NCBI GenBank assembly: GCA_977017575.1
Contig: CDRNVI010000007.1
Span: 62,001 to 126,000, forward strand
Source: Paramoeba atlantica
Taxonomy: Eukaryota > Protista > Discosea
Direction of reading: 5' to 3'
Length of the DNA stretch: 64,000 nt
Below the pieces are notes generated by a model. The model did not search any database, was not told the origin of the DNA, and worked only from the letters and a program-made list of their open reading frames with translations. The position numbers and the translations under genes are program-made. Below are positions 39,690-50,900 of the stretch, piece after piece. How positions within the stretch are numbered: position 1 is the first letter of the stretch; each line of letters begins with the position of its first letter.

Positions 39690-41816
39690 ATGCGGACATC
39701 GCTGCGGTATCTGCACCGAAGACGAAATGGAATATCGAATGCACAACAAAGTTATACCCATGAGAAGTCACCCTTCAGTGGGGGATACACGAGTGCCGGC
39801 GTTCCGCCCTCTTGTGGTGCATATTTCAAGAATGAAATCCCAGCGCCCTTGCCGAACTCACCGAGCTATGATGTTGTAATGCGAGCTGGTCGTGAACTCG
39901 CGGACAAAGCAAAGTACATGACAGATGCGCAGTGGGAGAATGTCCCTCTTAAAGACAAAGGTTACTTCACTCGATATATGGCGCAAATGCTACAACACTC
40001 ACCTTCAGAAGTATCCGAGCATCAAAAACGACGTTACTACGAAACTACGGGAAGACGTGTAAATATACGTGAAGAGATGATTACCAATCCCTACCAACGT
40101 ATGAAATCAAGCCTTCCGTTTGACATGGACACGCGTGGTCGCAACATTACCGTGTCGGAGGCCATAATGCAAGACGCAGATGAGTCTGAATTCGATGCAG
40201 AAAAAGCAAAACAAATTGAATACGCTCAACTTCACTTTAAGCAAGCTTTTAAAGATTATGTTGCAAACCGACGGGCTGGAGTAAGCACAGAAGCTGAACG
40301 ACGGAAACTATCCGATATGGCGCAATCTCTGCACCACGTAGTGCAACGTCATCTTGCCAACACATACAAGTACGCTGACGCGCGTCTGCACGACGCTGTG
40401 AAGCAAAAAGCTCTTAACAAACTGGCTGCGATTGCTAAATTTCGAAAACGTGCATCGGATATACGCGATGGATTGTCAGGTGAAGGGACCGAAAGTGGAC
40501 AAATACGCGAAAATACGCAACACGGTACCGCCACTGCGCCAGCTAACCGAACCGAGATTTTTGCCAACAAGTATGGCATTAACGTGGAGGTTGCCAACGC
40601 TATGTGGGAGTCCGTGAAGGCCCAGGATGAGTTTCTTGAACGTCTTGAGGTTCTTAATCGACTTTGCAGTGGACATGGTTTTGCTCACACCTCAAGTGAC
40701 GAATCGCTTAATGAGTATGGTGACCGACTTCAAAGCTTGCTTAGCTTAGACCCCAATCATATGGGCCGCCTAGATGCTGTACAATATTACGCTCGTTTAG
40801 AAGAGCGTGAACCCATAGATTGGGCTCGTCGTTGGTATGAAAAACATCTTCTCTATCCGATTCATTTGCTGCCAGAGTATCAAAAACTGGAGGAACTTTC
40901 GAAATCCGGGTCATCTGAAATCCTGCAGCACGAGGCACAAGAAAGAGTCAATGGCGTTCAATCTTTTGCGGGGTTAATTTTTGATGGTTTAGATACGGAA
41001 TCGGTTCATCAGCAACGCATTCGCCATCTCGCCTTTACCTATATGCACATCCAAATTGCACGCATGAGGGCCAAATGCTTGAAATATCAAAAAATGGATA
41101 TGGAGGCAGAATCTCAAAGAGTCCAAGAGTTATTGCGTGGCATGCAAGAGCTAAACAGTGATTTTTCCAACCCGGAAGTCCTTCGCAGACACGGAGAAAT
41201 TCAAAAATATGTCACCGAAGTGATCGAGAGGTGTCGAGATCAAATGTCAAGTGTAGGAATGGAAGGAAGCTCTCTCGAAGAGACACCAGAGTCCTCAAGT
41301 GAACAAGTTCGCGAAGCGATTTTGAGTCGCGATCCTAAACGAGTGGATGCTGAAGTTCAGCGACTTGAACGGAGAAACAAAGCAGAACAAGTCCTTCGCT
41401 TACTTCGAATTTTGGAGGAAGATGTTCGTTCTGACGTCCAGTGGTATGAAGCATATGAAGAAGCAGAGCGCCCTCCTCTCATTCCCGAACCCGAACCATA
41501 TTTGTATGTTTCTGCCAATGATGCGAGAAACTTTGGATGCATAAAAGAACTTGACGACAAAAACAAGGCTGATCCTTTTGTGAAGCTCAATTGGAACGTA
41601 AACTTCCTTGGGAAAGCGCTTGATTTGCCAACGGCTCCGATACTTTTTTGGGGCACGGGAGTCGCCGCAGTACAACAAGCACTCGCATACGAGGTAGAAA
41701 AGGCGAAGCAGCGACGTCGCGGACCGGCTCCTGAAGAAGCAGAAACAGGTTCAGAAGATGTGGAAAAGAACCCCTGGGGATGGAGAGAAAATCCTCAAGG
41801 TGTCGATAAGATTTAA
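39690..41816 (+). CDS. Hypothetical, probably mitochondrial, helical protein (708 aa)
   Basis: Long ORF; Arg-rich presequence-like start MRTSLRYLHRRR; family not recognised. Confidence 0.85.
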   Translation: MRTSLRYLHRRRNGISNAQQSYTHEKSPFSGGYTSAGVPPSCGAYFKNEIPAPLPNSPSYDVVMRAGRELADKAKYMTDAQWENVPLKDKGYFTRYMAQMLQHSPSEVSEHQKRRYYETTGRRVNIREEMITNPYQRMKSSLPFDMDTRGRNITVSEAIMQDADESEFDAEKAKQIEYAQLHFKQAFKDYVANRRAGVSTEAERRKLSDMAQSLHHVVQRHLANTYKYADARLHDAVKQKALNKLAAIAKFRKRASDIRDGLSGEGTESGQIRENTQHGTATAPANRTEIFANKYGINVEVANAMWESVKAQDEFLERLEVLNRLCSGHGFAHTSSDESLNEYGDRLQSLLSLDPNHMGRLDAVQYYARLEEREPIDWARRWYEKHLLYPIHLLPEYQKLEELSKSGSSEILQHEAQERVNGVQSFAGLIFDGLDTESVHQQRIRHLAFTYMHIQIARMRAKCLKYQKMDMEAESQRVQELLRGMQELNSDFSNPEVLRRHGEIQKYVTEVIERCRDQMSSVGMEGSSLEETPESSSEQVREAILSRDPKRVDAEVQRLERRNKAEQVLRLLRILEEDVRSDVQWYEAYEEAERPPLIPEPEPYLYVSANDARNFGCIKELDDKNKADPFVKLNWNVNFLGKALDLPTAPILFWGTGVAAVQQALAYEVEKAKQRRRGPAPEEAETGSEDVEKNPWGWRENPQGVDKI

Positions 41817-42002
41817 TGTAATTAAAAACAGGCGAATAACGTTTCTCATATGAGGCTCAGACTTTTTCATGCTTCACATAACAGTATGCTTCTTATACAG
41901 TGTATTTCACTTTAATGCATACATGTACTTTTCAGTGAAAATTTTTCACTATGGTATGGTTTGCGCTTTGAAACTATTGATGGGTAGAACAATTTTTCTT
42001 GA

Positions 42003-44435
42003 ATGAATTCCAGGGCAGGGGTAGAGCGCTATCTTGCTGAAGGCAACAGAAAGAACCAATGCCCAGATGTGCTGATACTGTATGCTACAGAAACCGGAAC
42101 GGCGCGAGAAGTGGCCATCCGGCTAGCGTTGGCGATTGCTGGTTACCAAGTACTGAACACAGGAGAAAGGGAGAGAAAAAATCCACCTTTGAGAGCTCAC
42201 GTTTATTCCATCGAAAAATATTACAATTCTTTAGAATCAGTTTCTAGTGGTGCGCGTCATTTTTTTAATGCTCCTCAAGAATTTACACCGGTCATTGCTA
42301 CCATTTTTATTGTCTCTACGGCTGGACAAGGTGAGCCCCCTCTTATGATGCATCGTTTTTGGCAAACATTACTCAGACGCAACTGTCCTCACTTTTGTCA
42401 GGATAACGAGTTGGGTTCGGAGTTTTCATTTGCAGTTTTTGGTCTTGGAGACTCTTCGTACGAAAAATACAACGTTATGGGGAAAATGCTTCACAATCGC
42501 CTCACTCAATTAGGAGGCAAACCTCTGTTACATCGTGGATTAGGTGACGACATGGAGTCTGGGGGATGGGGAACATCGTTTCTCCCATGGGCAGTAAGCT
42601 TGCTAAATCTATTGTCGGATCGGTCCCAATTGAGTTATGCACCTGGAGCAAGAAAAGACTACCATGATACACATTCGTCCGGAAAAAGTATGGCATTGCC
42701 CTTACTCCGCAGTGTACGATATCGTATCTGTGGGAAGGAGCTCGCAGAGAATGCCTTATTAAACAGCTGTATTAACCTTGACAAAGGAAATGATTTGAGA
42801 CATGAAAATGATAAATCAGGACACGGTGAGGAGCAGATTTCTAGCGCACTATCAAGTATAAGTCTCTGCGTAGAACAAAATAAGAGAATCACGACGCCAG
42901 AACACTTTCAAGACGTACGAGAGCTATCACTAAGGCTGCTCCCATTTTCATGTGAAAGTGGCGTCCAAGAAGCAGGAGGCGATATTCGGTGGTACCCTAC
43001 AGATGCTCTGGCAGTTTCACCTCCTAATCCACAGAGAATGGTATCACAGATATGTGAATACCTCACTTTGACCTCTGGGACCACAGTTTTGGATTTGATT
43101 GAGAAAGGGTTTAACCCCTTAAACGACGTGAAAGTCTTCATAGAAACTCTTTCGGAGCGTCTGTACGTAGCTCCATCAGAGCTGGAAGAGAATTTTCTAA
43201 ACAAATGGATGGCCCTGGGTGAGTTGCTAAGCTGGTGTATGGATCTCTACGGTAGCGCTCCTCAACTCTTTCTGCTTGCTATGCGCTGCGCTAATGGACC
43301 AACACACCTTTGCGATGAATCCATTGAGAAACTGGAAGAGCTTGGAGGCCTTAACGGCGTGGAAGATTACGTTGACTACGTCCTACGCGAGCACAGGTCC
43401 GTAGTCGAGGTCTTGGAAGACTTTCCGAATGTTCGTCTACCACTAGACGTTTTTGTATCTTACGCACTTCCGATACGGCCTCGACTTTTCTCTATTTCTT
43501 CATGCTTTCCAGGGATTAACCAAACAGTCGACACACTGCACACCGCTCTTGGTGCTTTCCAAGAAGATTCACCTAATAATTTAAGGTTAAACATAACTTT
43601 TGCTGTGATTAAGTACACCACTCCGTATAAAAGGCATAGAATGGGTCATGCAACTTCTTACTTGGCAGCTCTCACACCATGCAATGAGAGTACATGTGCG
43701 TGCAAGCTTTCACATGTCGCGAACCCGGAGAGCAGAAAAGACGATTATAAGTGTTGTAGCGCATTTCTGCCACGGTGTAGTCTTCGTCGAGGCGTGTTAC
43801 CTGAAACGCTTAGCCAGGATCTTACGCGTCCACTAATTCTCATAGGGCCGGGCCTAGGTATTGCTCCATGTCGTTCGCTGTACATTGAAAGGGGAAGACC
43901 CGGTATTGATAACGCCCACGACATGTTTTTATATGGATGTCGGTTTTCTTCAAAAGACTGGTTGTATAAGGATGAGATCGAATGCATTATCAACGCACGC
44001 TTCCCCAAAGACGCTTCTTGGGATCATTCTAAACGGGTTTCTAGTCTGGTGGCTTTTTCAAGGGACACACCAGGTTACAAACGCTACGTACAGCATCTAA
44101 TTTCTGATCCCGAAAATCGTATACATGTTGCTAAATTTTTCACAGGAAAAAAAGATACGGGTACAGTTGCCCCAGTACCTTCCGACACGCCTTCGTATTT
44201 GCCGCTGGGTCATCATATAGTGGACCTTATCATTAAGCGCCAAGCAGTAGTATTTATCTCGGGGAATGCCAAGAATATGCCGCGCGATGTAACGAATGCC
44301 TTGACAAGGGTTTTATACGAGTATGCGACCGACAAAAATGTCGGACCTCTGCATGCTCTTCGTACAATAGAAGATGCGCGTCAATATGTGCACCGCATGC
44401 ACCTCAATGGTCGATACTTTGTTGATGCTTGGTGA
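42003..44435 (+). CDS. NDOR1: NADPH-dependent diflavin oxidoreductase 1 (Tah18)
   Basis: ILYATETGTA, STAGQGEPP, FAVFGLGDSSY.KYN..GK.L..RL.QLG, RPRLFSISS, LIGPGLGIAPCRS, LYGCR, ISGNAKNMP.DV, C-terminal DAW. Confidence 0.92.
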   Translation: MNSRAGVERYLAEGNRKNQCPDVLILYATETGTAREVAIRLALAIAGYQVLNTGERERKNPPLRAHVYSIEKYYNSLESVSSGARHFFNAPQEFTPVIATIFIVSTAGQGEPPLMMHRFWQTLLRRNCPHFCQDNELGSEFSFAVFGLGDSSYEKYNVMGKMLHNRLTQLGGKPLLHRGLGDDMESGGWGTSFLPWAVSLLNLLSDRSQLSYAPGARKDYHDTHSSGKSMALPLLRSVRYRICGKELAENALLNSCINLDKGNDLRHENDKSGHGEEQISSALSSISLCVEQNKRITTPEHFQDVRELSLRLLPFSCESGVQEAGGDIRWYPTDALAVSPPNPQRMVSQICEYLTLTSGTTVLDLIEKGFNPLNDVKVFIETLSERLYVAPSELEENFLNKWMALGELLSWCMDLYGSAPQLFLLAMRCANGPTHLCDESIEKLEELGGLNGVEDYVDYVLREHRSVVEVLEDFPNVRLPLDVFVSYALPIRPRLFSISSCFPGINQTVDTLHTALGAFQEDSPNNLRLNITFAVIKYTTPYKRHRMGHATSYLAALTPCNESTCACKLSHVANPESRKDDYKCCSAFLPRCSLRRGVLPETLSQDLTRPLILIGPGLGIAPCRSLYIERGRPGIDNAHDMFLYGCRFSSKDWLYKDEIECIINARFPKDASWDHSKRVSSLVAFSRDTPGYKRYVQHLISDPENRIHVAKFFTGKKDTGTVAPVPSDTPSYLPLGHHIVDLIIKRQAVVFISGNAKNMPRDVTNALTRVLYEYATDKNVGPLHALRTIEDARQYVHRMHLNGRYFVDAW

Positions 44436-44479
44436 AAGAGCGCAATTAAAATATAAAAATGTACTGTCCTCTTTTAACC

Positions 44480-44840
44480 TCACCCGGTCAGAGCCCTCGT
44501 CTCAGCGCACATAGCAAATAGAGTTGAGGTGCGGACTCCGGCGCAGGAGTCTGGAGGGTGATGCGATGACGGCATAAAAGAATACGATAATGCCTGTAGG
44601 AAAAACGCTCCTGACTGAGCGCAACAGGGCACTCAGTTAAAATGTGACGGACCGTCTGTACTTCTCCACCGACATATGGGACACTTTTGTGTCTATGTTT
44701 GAAATGCCCCAGCGAAGGAGTTCTTACCCATCCACATCCCCAGTTTTGAGTCAAAAATAGAGCGATGCTTTGTTGCGCTTCGGGTGCTAACGTCATCCCC
44801 AAGAAACAGTTCCTTTTGTCGCATATAGGGGGATGTGGTT
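44480..44840 (-). pseudogene. Decayed 3' end of a non-LTR retrotransposon ORF (CCHC zinc knuckle)
   Basis: One frameshift restores CPIC-GGEVQTVR-H-ILTE-C (C-X2-C-X8-H-X4-C). Confidence 0.7.
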
Positions 44841-44855
44841 GCCTACTAGCCGTTA

Positions 44856-46072
44856 TTGATTGATTGATTGATTGATAAGGGTGTTTATCCCCTAGGTACG
44901 TACCCTCTCGGAGATAGCCGGGAACTATCCAAAGTTAATTGCTTTTAGCCGTGCGAGCCAGGCTATGAAAATCATAGCTTTTGCCATGCGTCACAGTTTT
45001 TAGACTGGGCATTACAGACTTCACAGCCGCCAAGCATCCAATGATTATTTGTTAGTGCGTATTGGTATTTACCCTAGTTTCTCAATTTGTTGGTGCCGGG
45101 CAGACCCTTTCCGCGGCATTCCTCGCACCCTAGTTATTTGGCGCCTTGTTTTGTTGTTGCCGGGTGCTGGAATTGCCATTTCCAGGTTGCACGGAAACAA
45201 TCTCACCCTAGTTTAGCGTCGTTTGCTTTACGACGCCGGGTGAGTTAGCTCGGGAAGCTGGGATCGCTAAGTCCCATCATGCAACGTAAGCCGAATGCCC
45301 TGATTTTGCTAATTAGTGCCATTCCATTGTACCCTTTTGTTGCACTCATCAGATAGAGGTGAACTAAGAGCCCGCTTATATAAAGCTTCCGATGTAAAAT
45401 CGGTTCGTTTCCTTCAAACGTCAGCCTTGTTTCCTGCAGAGCTATAATTTCAGTGCGTTGACTCCTCATGAAACCTGCCGCCTGGTGCAGTCTAATAGAT
45501 TTTCTTAGCGAAAACGCTTCCGTTGTTTTTAGCTTCAAAGTGTCCACATTTAGGGTACTAACTGTAAATCCCCCCTCTCATAGCGCTCATCTTGGATGGC
45601 TGCTCTCGGTAGCCAGCTCGAGAGCAGTATTTGCGTTTCCTGTCCCGTTTGTCCTTCCTTTTCTTTCCTGAGGTACCAACTCTTCCCCTTGAAACAAGTA
45701 TCCGTGAATCATTCGGAGGAAACGGGAGGAGTCGATCAGCCATTGCATCATACTTAACGAGGCGCCGGCCATCCGCAGCAATGATACAACAGTCCCCTCC
45801 CACAACTTCGTACGTAAATCATAAGACCTATGCCAGGTTACAGCGAAACGCCCCCCAGGGAGCAAAAGAGAGCACATACGGAACAGAGCCCGCGGCCGGA
45901 GTTTAGCTACTCCCCATTCCTGCTTTGGGGGCAGGAACAGGTTTCCCCGACAACACGTGGCCAATCGGAGTTTTTCTTTGGCCGCCAACAAACCTCCGAA
46001 AGATCCGGACACCTTTCGGGGCTGTTTTTTAATAAAAGACATTAATAAAAAACGTTGTCAACAAGGTACAGA
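44856..46072 (-). mobile_element. Internally deleted APE-type LINE derivative: SL fragment + leader + APE N-terminus + structured 3' UTR + (TCAA)5 tail, with 11-12-bp TSD
   Basis: TSD actagccgtta (44845-44855) / actagccatta (46073-46083). APE motifs FTVSTLNVDTL and EIIALQETRL...GYNGMALIS (45245-45575). (attg)5 at 44855-44874 on the + strand. Confidence 0.85.
46059..46072 (-). other. Spliced-leader 3' fragment (TCTGTACCTTGTTG) at the 5' end of the retroelement
   Basis: Matches the conserved kinetoplastid SL core ...TTTCTGTAC-N7 ending in TTG, and shares TCTGTACCTTGTT with the relic at 57841-57870. Followed by 16 nt and an ATG at 46042. Confidence 0.7.
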
Positions 46073-46208
46073 ACTAGCCATTATACGCGGCGGTATGAAT
46101 ATTTTGAATTAAAATGCAATTGTAAGAGCAAAAATAGAATTTTCTGTAAGAAATTCTTAGATATCTATTGAATACCACGATATTTACCCGGTTTTTTTTA
46201 CCCTCTTC

Positions 46209-47636
46209 ATGCATCGATCCTACGGTCGTCTGTTTTTTGCCACCGCAACGCTTCTGAAGACCTCCGGGTCCGAGGGCTCGGACACCACACCCGATACAAA
46301 CGCTCCCAAATCCCCAGACGGGGCCGAGAGCCCACCCAACCCCGCACGGGACATGAAATGCATGACCCCCCTGTCCCTTGTAAAGGAACTCGACAAGTTT
46401 ATTGTCGGCCAGCCCGAGGCGAAACGCGCCGTCGCGATTGCGCTACGCAACCGCTGGCGTCGCCACCATGTGGAACTCGACATGCAAGAGGAAATCTCCC
46501 CGAAGAATATTTTAATGATCGGTCCCACGGGGTGTGGCAAGACGGAGATCGCGCGTCGCTTGGCGAAGCTCACCGAGGCCCCGTTTGTGAAAGTCGAGGC
46601 TACGCGATTTACGGAAGTGGGGTTCCACGGGCGTGATGTGGACACCATTATTGATGACCTGCTAAAGGCCTCGATTGCGAACGTGCGTAACCAGGTGGTG
46701 AAGAAGAACGAGGAGGTCGCGAAGGCCCGGGCTGAGGATCGGATCCTGCAAGCTCTGGCAGGGTCCACCGGGAGTTTTCGTGAGCACCTCCGTACAGGGG
46801 CACTGGACGATTTGGATGTCACGCTGGACATTACGGAGAAGAAGGATGCACCGAAACAGGCTGCGGAGGGGAACATACACATTTCGCTTGACCTGCCTGG
46901 GATGGCCGCAGGGGGAAAACGGCAGCGCACGATAAAGAAGACAATGCGGATTAAGGAGGCGCTGCCTGTGGTGACGGCGGAGGAGCTGGAAAAGCTCGTG
47001 GACACGGTGGATGTGCAAAAGGAGGCTACCCGGGCGTGTGAGGAGGACGGGATTGTGGTGATTGACGAGATTGACAAGATTGTGGTGGGACGAGACTCCT
47101 ATCACGGACATCAGGCCAGCGCCGAAGGGGTCCAACAGGACTTACTTCCGCTGATTGAGGGTACTTCGGTGACGACGAAAAGTAACGTCACAGTGAAGAC
47201 GGATAAGATTCTGTTTATCTGCAGCGGCGCGTTTCATGCCGTCAAGCCAAGCGATATGCTTGCCGAGCTTCAGGGCAGGCTACCTATTCGGGTGGAATTG
47301 AAGGCGCTGACCAAAGAAGACTTCTATCGCATTCTGACAACGCCGAAGCATAACCTCATCAGACAAAATATTGCAATGTTCGCAACAGAGGGTGTAACTT
47401 TGGAATTCGAGGAAAGGGCAATATGGGCCATGGCATCCATCGCGACGCAAGTGAACACGAACCTGCAGAACATTGGTGCTCGACGGCTCTTTACAATCAT
47501 GGAGCGAGTGATGGAAGACTACAGTTTCCAGGGACCGGAGCTAAAAGGTAAGAAGCTTACGATAACTGCGGGACATGTCCAAGATGCAGTAGGAGATCTA
47601 CTGAAGAAGATGGACATCACGAAGTATTTGCTCTAA
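46209..47636 (+). CDS. hslU: Mitochondrial HslVU protease ATPase subunit
   Basis: ELDKFIVGQPEAKRAVAIALRNRWRR, NILMIGPTGCGKTEIARRLAK, DEIDKI, EGVQQDLLPLIEG, ELQGRLPIRV, NIGARRL. Confidence 0.97.
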   Translation: MHRSYGRLFFATATLLKTSGSEGSDTTPDTNAPKSPDGAESPPNPARDMKCMTPLSLVKELDKFIVGQPEAKRAVAIALRNRWRRHHVELDMQEEISPKNILMIGPTGCGKTEIARRLAKLTEAPFVKVEATRFTEVGFHGRDVDTIIDDLLKASIANVRNQVVKKNEEVAKARAEDRILQALAGSTGSFREHLRTGALDDLDVTLDITEKKDAPKQAAEGNIHISLDLPGMAAGGKRQRTIKKTMRIKEALPVVTAEELEKLVDTVDVQKEATRACEEDGIVVIDEIDKIVVGRDSYHGHQASAEGVQQDLLPLIEGTSVTTKSNVTVKTDKILFICSGAFHAVKPSDMLAELQGRLPIRVELKALTKEDFYRILTTPKHNLIRQNIAMFATEGVTLEFEERAIWAMASIATQVNTNLQNIGARRLFTIMERVMEDYSFQGPELKGKKLTITAGHVQDAVGDLLKKMDITKYLL

Positions 47637-47982
47637 TGCAGGCTGATGTAGGCTCATCTTGCCGCGAAATCGATGTATAATGGTTAGTGAATATGATAAT
47701 GGATGGATTGTGGACTTCACGGTCTATTATATCATCTATAAGCAGAGTGCCGTTTTGCTAATTTTTTCTGTAATATGAGTCCGAGCTGTGTTTTGAAAAA
47801 CGATGCATTATCTTGACAAATGTGAAGCCTCTTAGTCCATACGTGTATAACCGAATTTGCTATGAAGAAATATTTATGAGTTGACGTTTGACATTGATCA
47901 TAAATTTATAATGATTACTCAATTGTATAACTGACTCCGGCATTTATTGTAAATTTTGGATTTTCATATAACTTTGCTGTCA

Positions 47983-50900
47983 ATGATTCCCATCGAGCAG
48001 CTTGTAGATGCCTTAAACGGTACCTTTTCTGTTGATAAAGAGATGCGTACAGCGTGTGAGGAACGATTGGCCCACCTAACTGAAAAATCACTAGAGATAT
48101 TCGGTGTTCTTCTGAATATTATCTCCATGGAGAGCTTTCCAGAGAGTACAAGACAGGCAGCATCAGTTTACTTGAAGAACTTAGTTTTTCGAATACAACT
48201 AAGCAGTGAAACCGACGAAGAGCTACGAGCCTCATTACGTGGGCTCGAGGAAACGTTTCTTCAAGTTGTTATTAGCTGTTCCAATAGCTGTTGCCGACCC
48301 CTTCTGGAGGTACTTCGAACTTTGTTTGAATTTTTTACTCCTTCGGGGTGGTCAAAAACAGTTCCCCAAACTCTTAACTGGCTTTCTTCTCCTAATTTAT
48401 CGATACTTACTCGTGCGTTGACAATTCTTCGTACAGTAGGGAAAACGTACGAGTACGCGCCCGGAAACAATGCTATTTGGGAGACATATCCACAAATGGT
48501 GCTTCCGGAGCTTCAATCACTTTTTATGAAGTTAATTTCACCAAAGAATTCTGCAGGTGAGTTAAACGGCTCGGAGCTGCAAAGTCGTTGTACTCCACTT
48601 CGAGTCTGTTGTAAAATATTGTGGTCAAGCACATGCTCTGGAATACCGTATGAGCATTCGGACTCTGATCATATTTTGAGATGGCTAGAGATACTTTCCA
48701 CTAGTATGACTGATATCTTGAAGCTCATTCCGCATATGGAGACGCCAGAAGACGCGTGGGGAATACTAAAGTGGGAAACACGTATTATACACAGGTGGTT
48801 TGGCTTTTGTAGTCGGAGAAAACTTGGAAAGAAACCTGCGAAGACAGCAAGACAACGTGCCGAGAAAGATTTTTTGAATGCGTGGTACTCTAAATATGCA
48901 GAAAGATTTGCCTTGTGTTGCTTTAATCTTTGTCATGTTGATCACGCGGCAGACTTCAAAAAATCATTTGCTCTTTCAACGGAGTATCTTTCATTGGTTG
49001 TTAATGACGCCAAATTGATGTCTTCACTTGCGAGTTACTGGAAAGAACTTATCCTTGGGCCATTGTTTAAGGCTTTGTGTTTCACTGAAAACGATGAACA
49101 CCTCTGGGTCTACGAGCCTGAGGAATACATCAATCGTATAGGTGATCTGGAACACACGATTTATGACTCTCGAGAAGCTTCGGCTCGACTGATTAAAAAC
49201 ATTGTCATGAAACAAATCAAAGACGGGAATCAATCATCGGTAATACAATTTCTAGGATTTCTTGGGAGCCATGCTCAAAATGAACCTCCATACACTTCTT
49301 ATGGGGCAGTGCACGCGCTGGATAAATTATCTCCAGTGCTTAGTAAAGGCCCGTGTAGTAAAGCAGTTACCAATCTAGTGAAGGAGGTCGTTTTGCCTGG
49401 TTGTTTCAGCCAAGTATCGTACATTCGAAGTATTTGTTTCCCTCTAGCTTGTCGACATCTTATGGCTTTGGGAGGAAATGAAGAGGGTACAAAAAATTTT
49501 CTTAAGACGGGTATGCAACTGTTGGATTCAGCGGAGCCGCTTCCCGTTCAAGTCCTAGCAACTGTTGGATGGAGAAGAATTTTGCGCCACACGGAATTAC
49601 ATGGCATGGTAGCGACTTTTCTTCCCCTTCTGGTAGAAACTTCACTGCGTCTGTCTCGAGAATTGAACAATGAAGATGCGTTAATACTTTTGGAAGCCGT
49701 AGTAGATCAATTTGGCGACCAACTCGCAGCATTTGCCGAGTACGTAACAGAAGTTCTCGTTACTCACGGTTTACGAATGCTAGAGGAAGAACGAAGGGCA
49801 GTGCAAGATGTAGAGAATCAATCTTCTCACCAGGAAAATGTGGAAACAGCATCGGAGCTATGCGGGGCATTGGATCGCATTCTCAATGCGCTATACACTC
49901 TATGCGCATCCGTGACCGCTCATGAAGAGGTGTACAATGCGCTGCAGGGCAAGATGTTTCCTCTATTTGATAAATTACTTGCGGAAAATATGCCTGACTA
50001 TCTCGAAGAAACTTTGGATCTCCTTTCCGTTCTCACCATGCACTCTAAATCTCTACTCCCCTTCATGTGGGAGCTTCTGCCTAGACTCCGCCAAATTCTT
50101 TGCGACGGGGGAACTGACTATCTACCTTCGATGCTCGCCCCTTTGGATAATTATCTTTGCTCTTCACCACAGGAATTTTGCCAACGGGGTCTAGTTAACT
50201 TCATCGTAGAGATCTGTGAGCACACTTTGGATCGTACTCAAGATTATGAGGACGAAATCGTTCTAGTAGCACCTAGCCTTTTAGAAACATTGTTACAGCA
50301 CGGAGCAAACCAGAAAGAACATATAGATCATGTGCTTCCTCTTCTTCTAAATCTTGTTTTAGCGAATCTTAGACATAAAAAAGACTCAAGCACGAGACTC
50401 CACTTGAAACTCATGCATGTTATTCTGAACGCATTCTGGTTTGACTCGCATCTTTGTTTGAATACTTTAAGTTCAAGCAACATGTTCAACGAGTTCTTTG
50501 ACGCGTACGGCAGTTTTTTGGAGAAATACCACAAACGTTTGCGCAACTATGATCGAAAAGTGTCCATATTGGGATTATCAAAAGTGTTACCTCACGTAAA
50601 TCCAGATATACGTGGCCGTTGTCGTACGATCATTGAAATTTTCCTCGCTCTGAATTTTGAATCTTATGGAAAAGAGACCGACAAATCTAATTCGGAATGT
50701 CCTCCCCATGATACCTGTGAGTCTGATAGTGACGGCTATGAAAAGGATTTGATACAAGACTCAGATTTCGATAGTGATGATAGTGATATTGCACTAGAAA
50801 CAAACAGTAGCGACGCAGATTCTGTTTTCTCTGATGAAGACTATGTGAGCGTAATTGACGATGTTTGCGAAGCTCAAACTTATCTCTCTGCGCTTGAAGG

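Noticed and set aside
44475-45247. piggyBac-like MITE (ttaa-cctcacccgg ... ccgggtgag-ttag)
   Set aside because: The right-hand motif is better explained as the local stem of a 3' UTR module, the TTAA is imperfect, and the span would cross the well-supported LINE TSD.
45880-46058. HDV-like or hammerhead ribozyme at the LINE 5' end
   Set aside because: Hairpins exist (CCGAAAG/CTTTCGG, GGCCAA/TTGGCC, TTCCTGC/GCAGGAA), but I could not fit a nested double pseudoknot or CUGAnGA/GAAA cores by eye.
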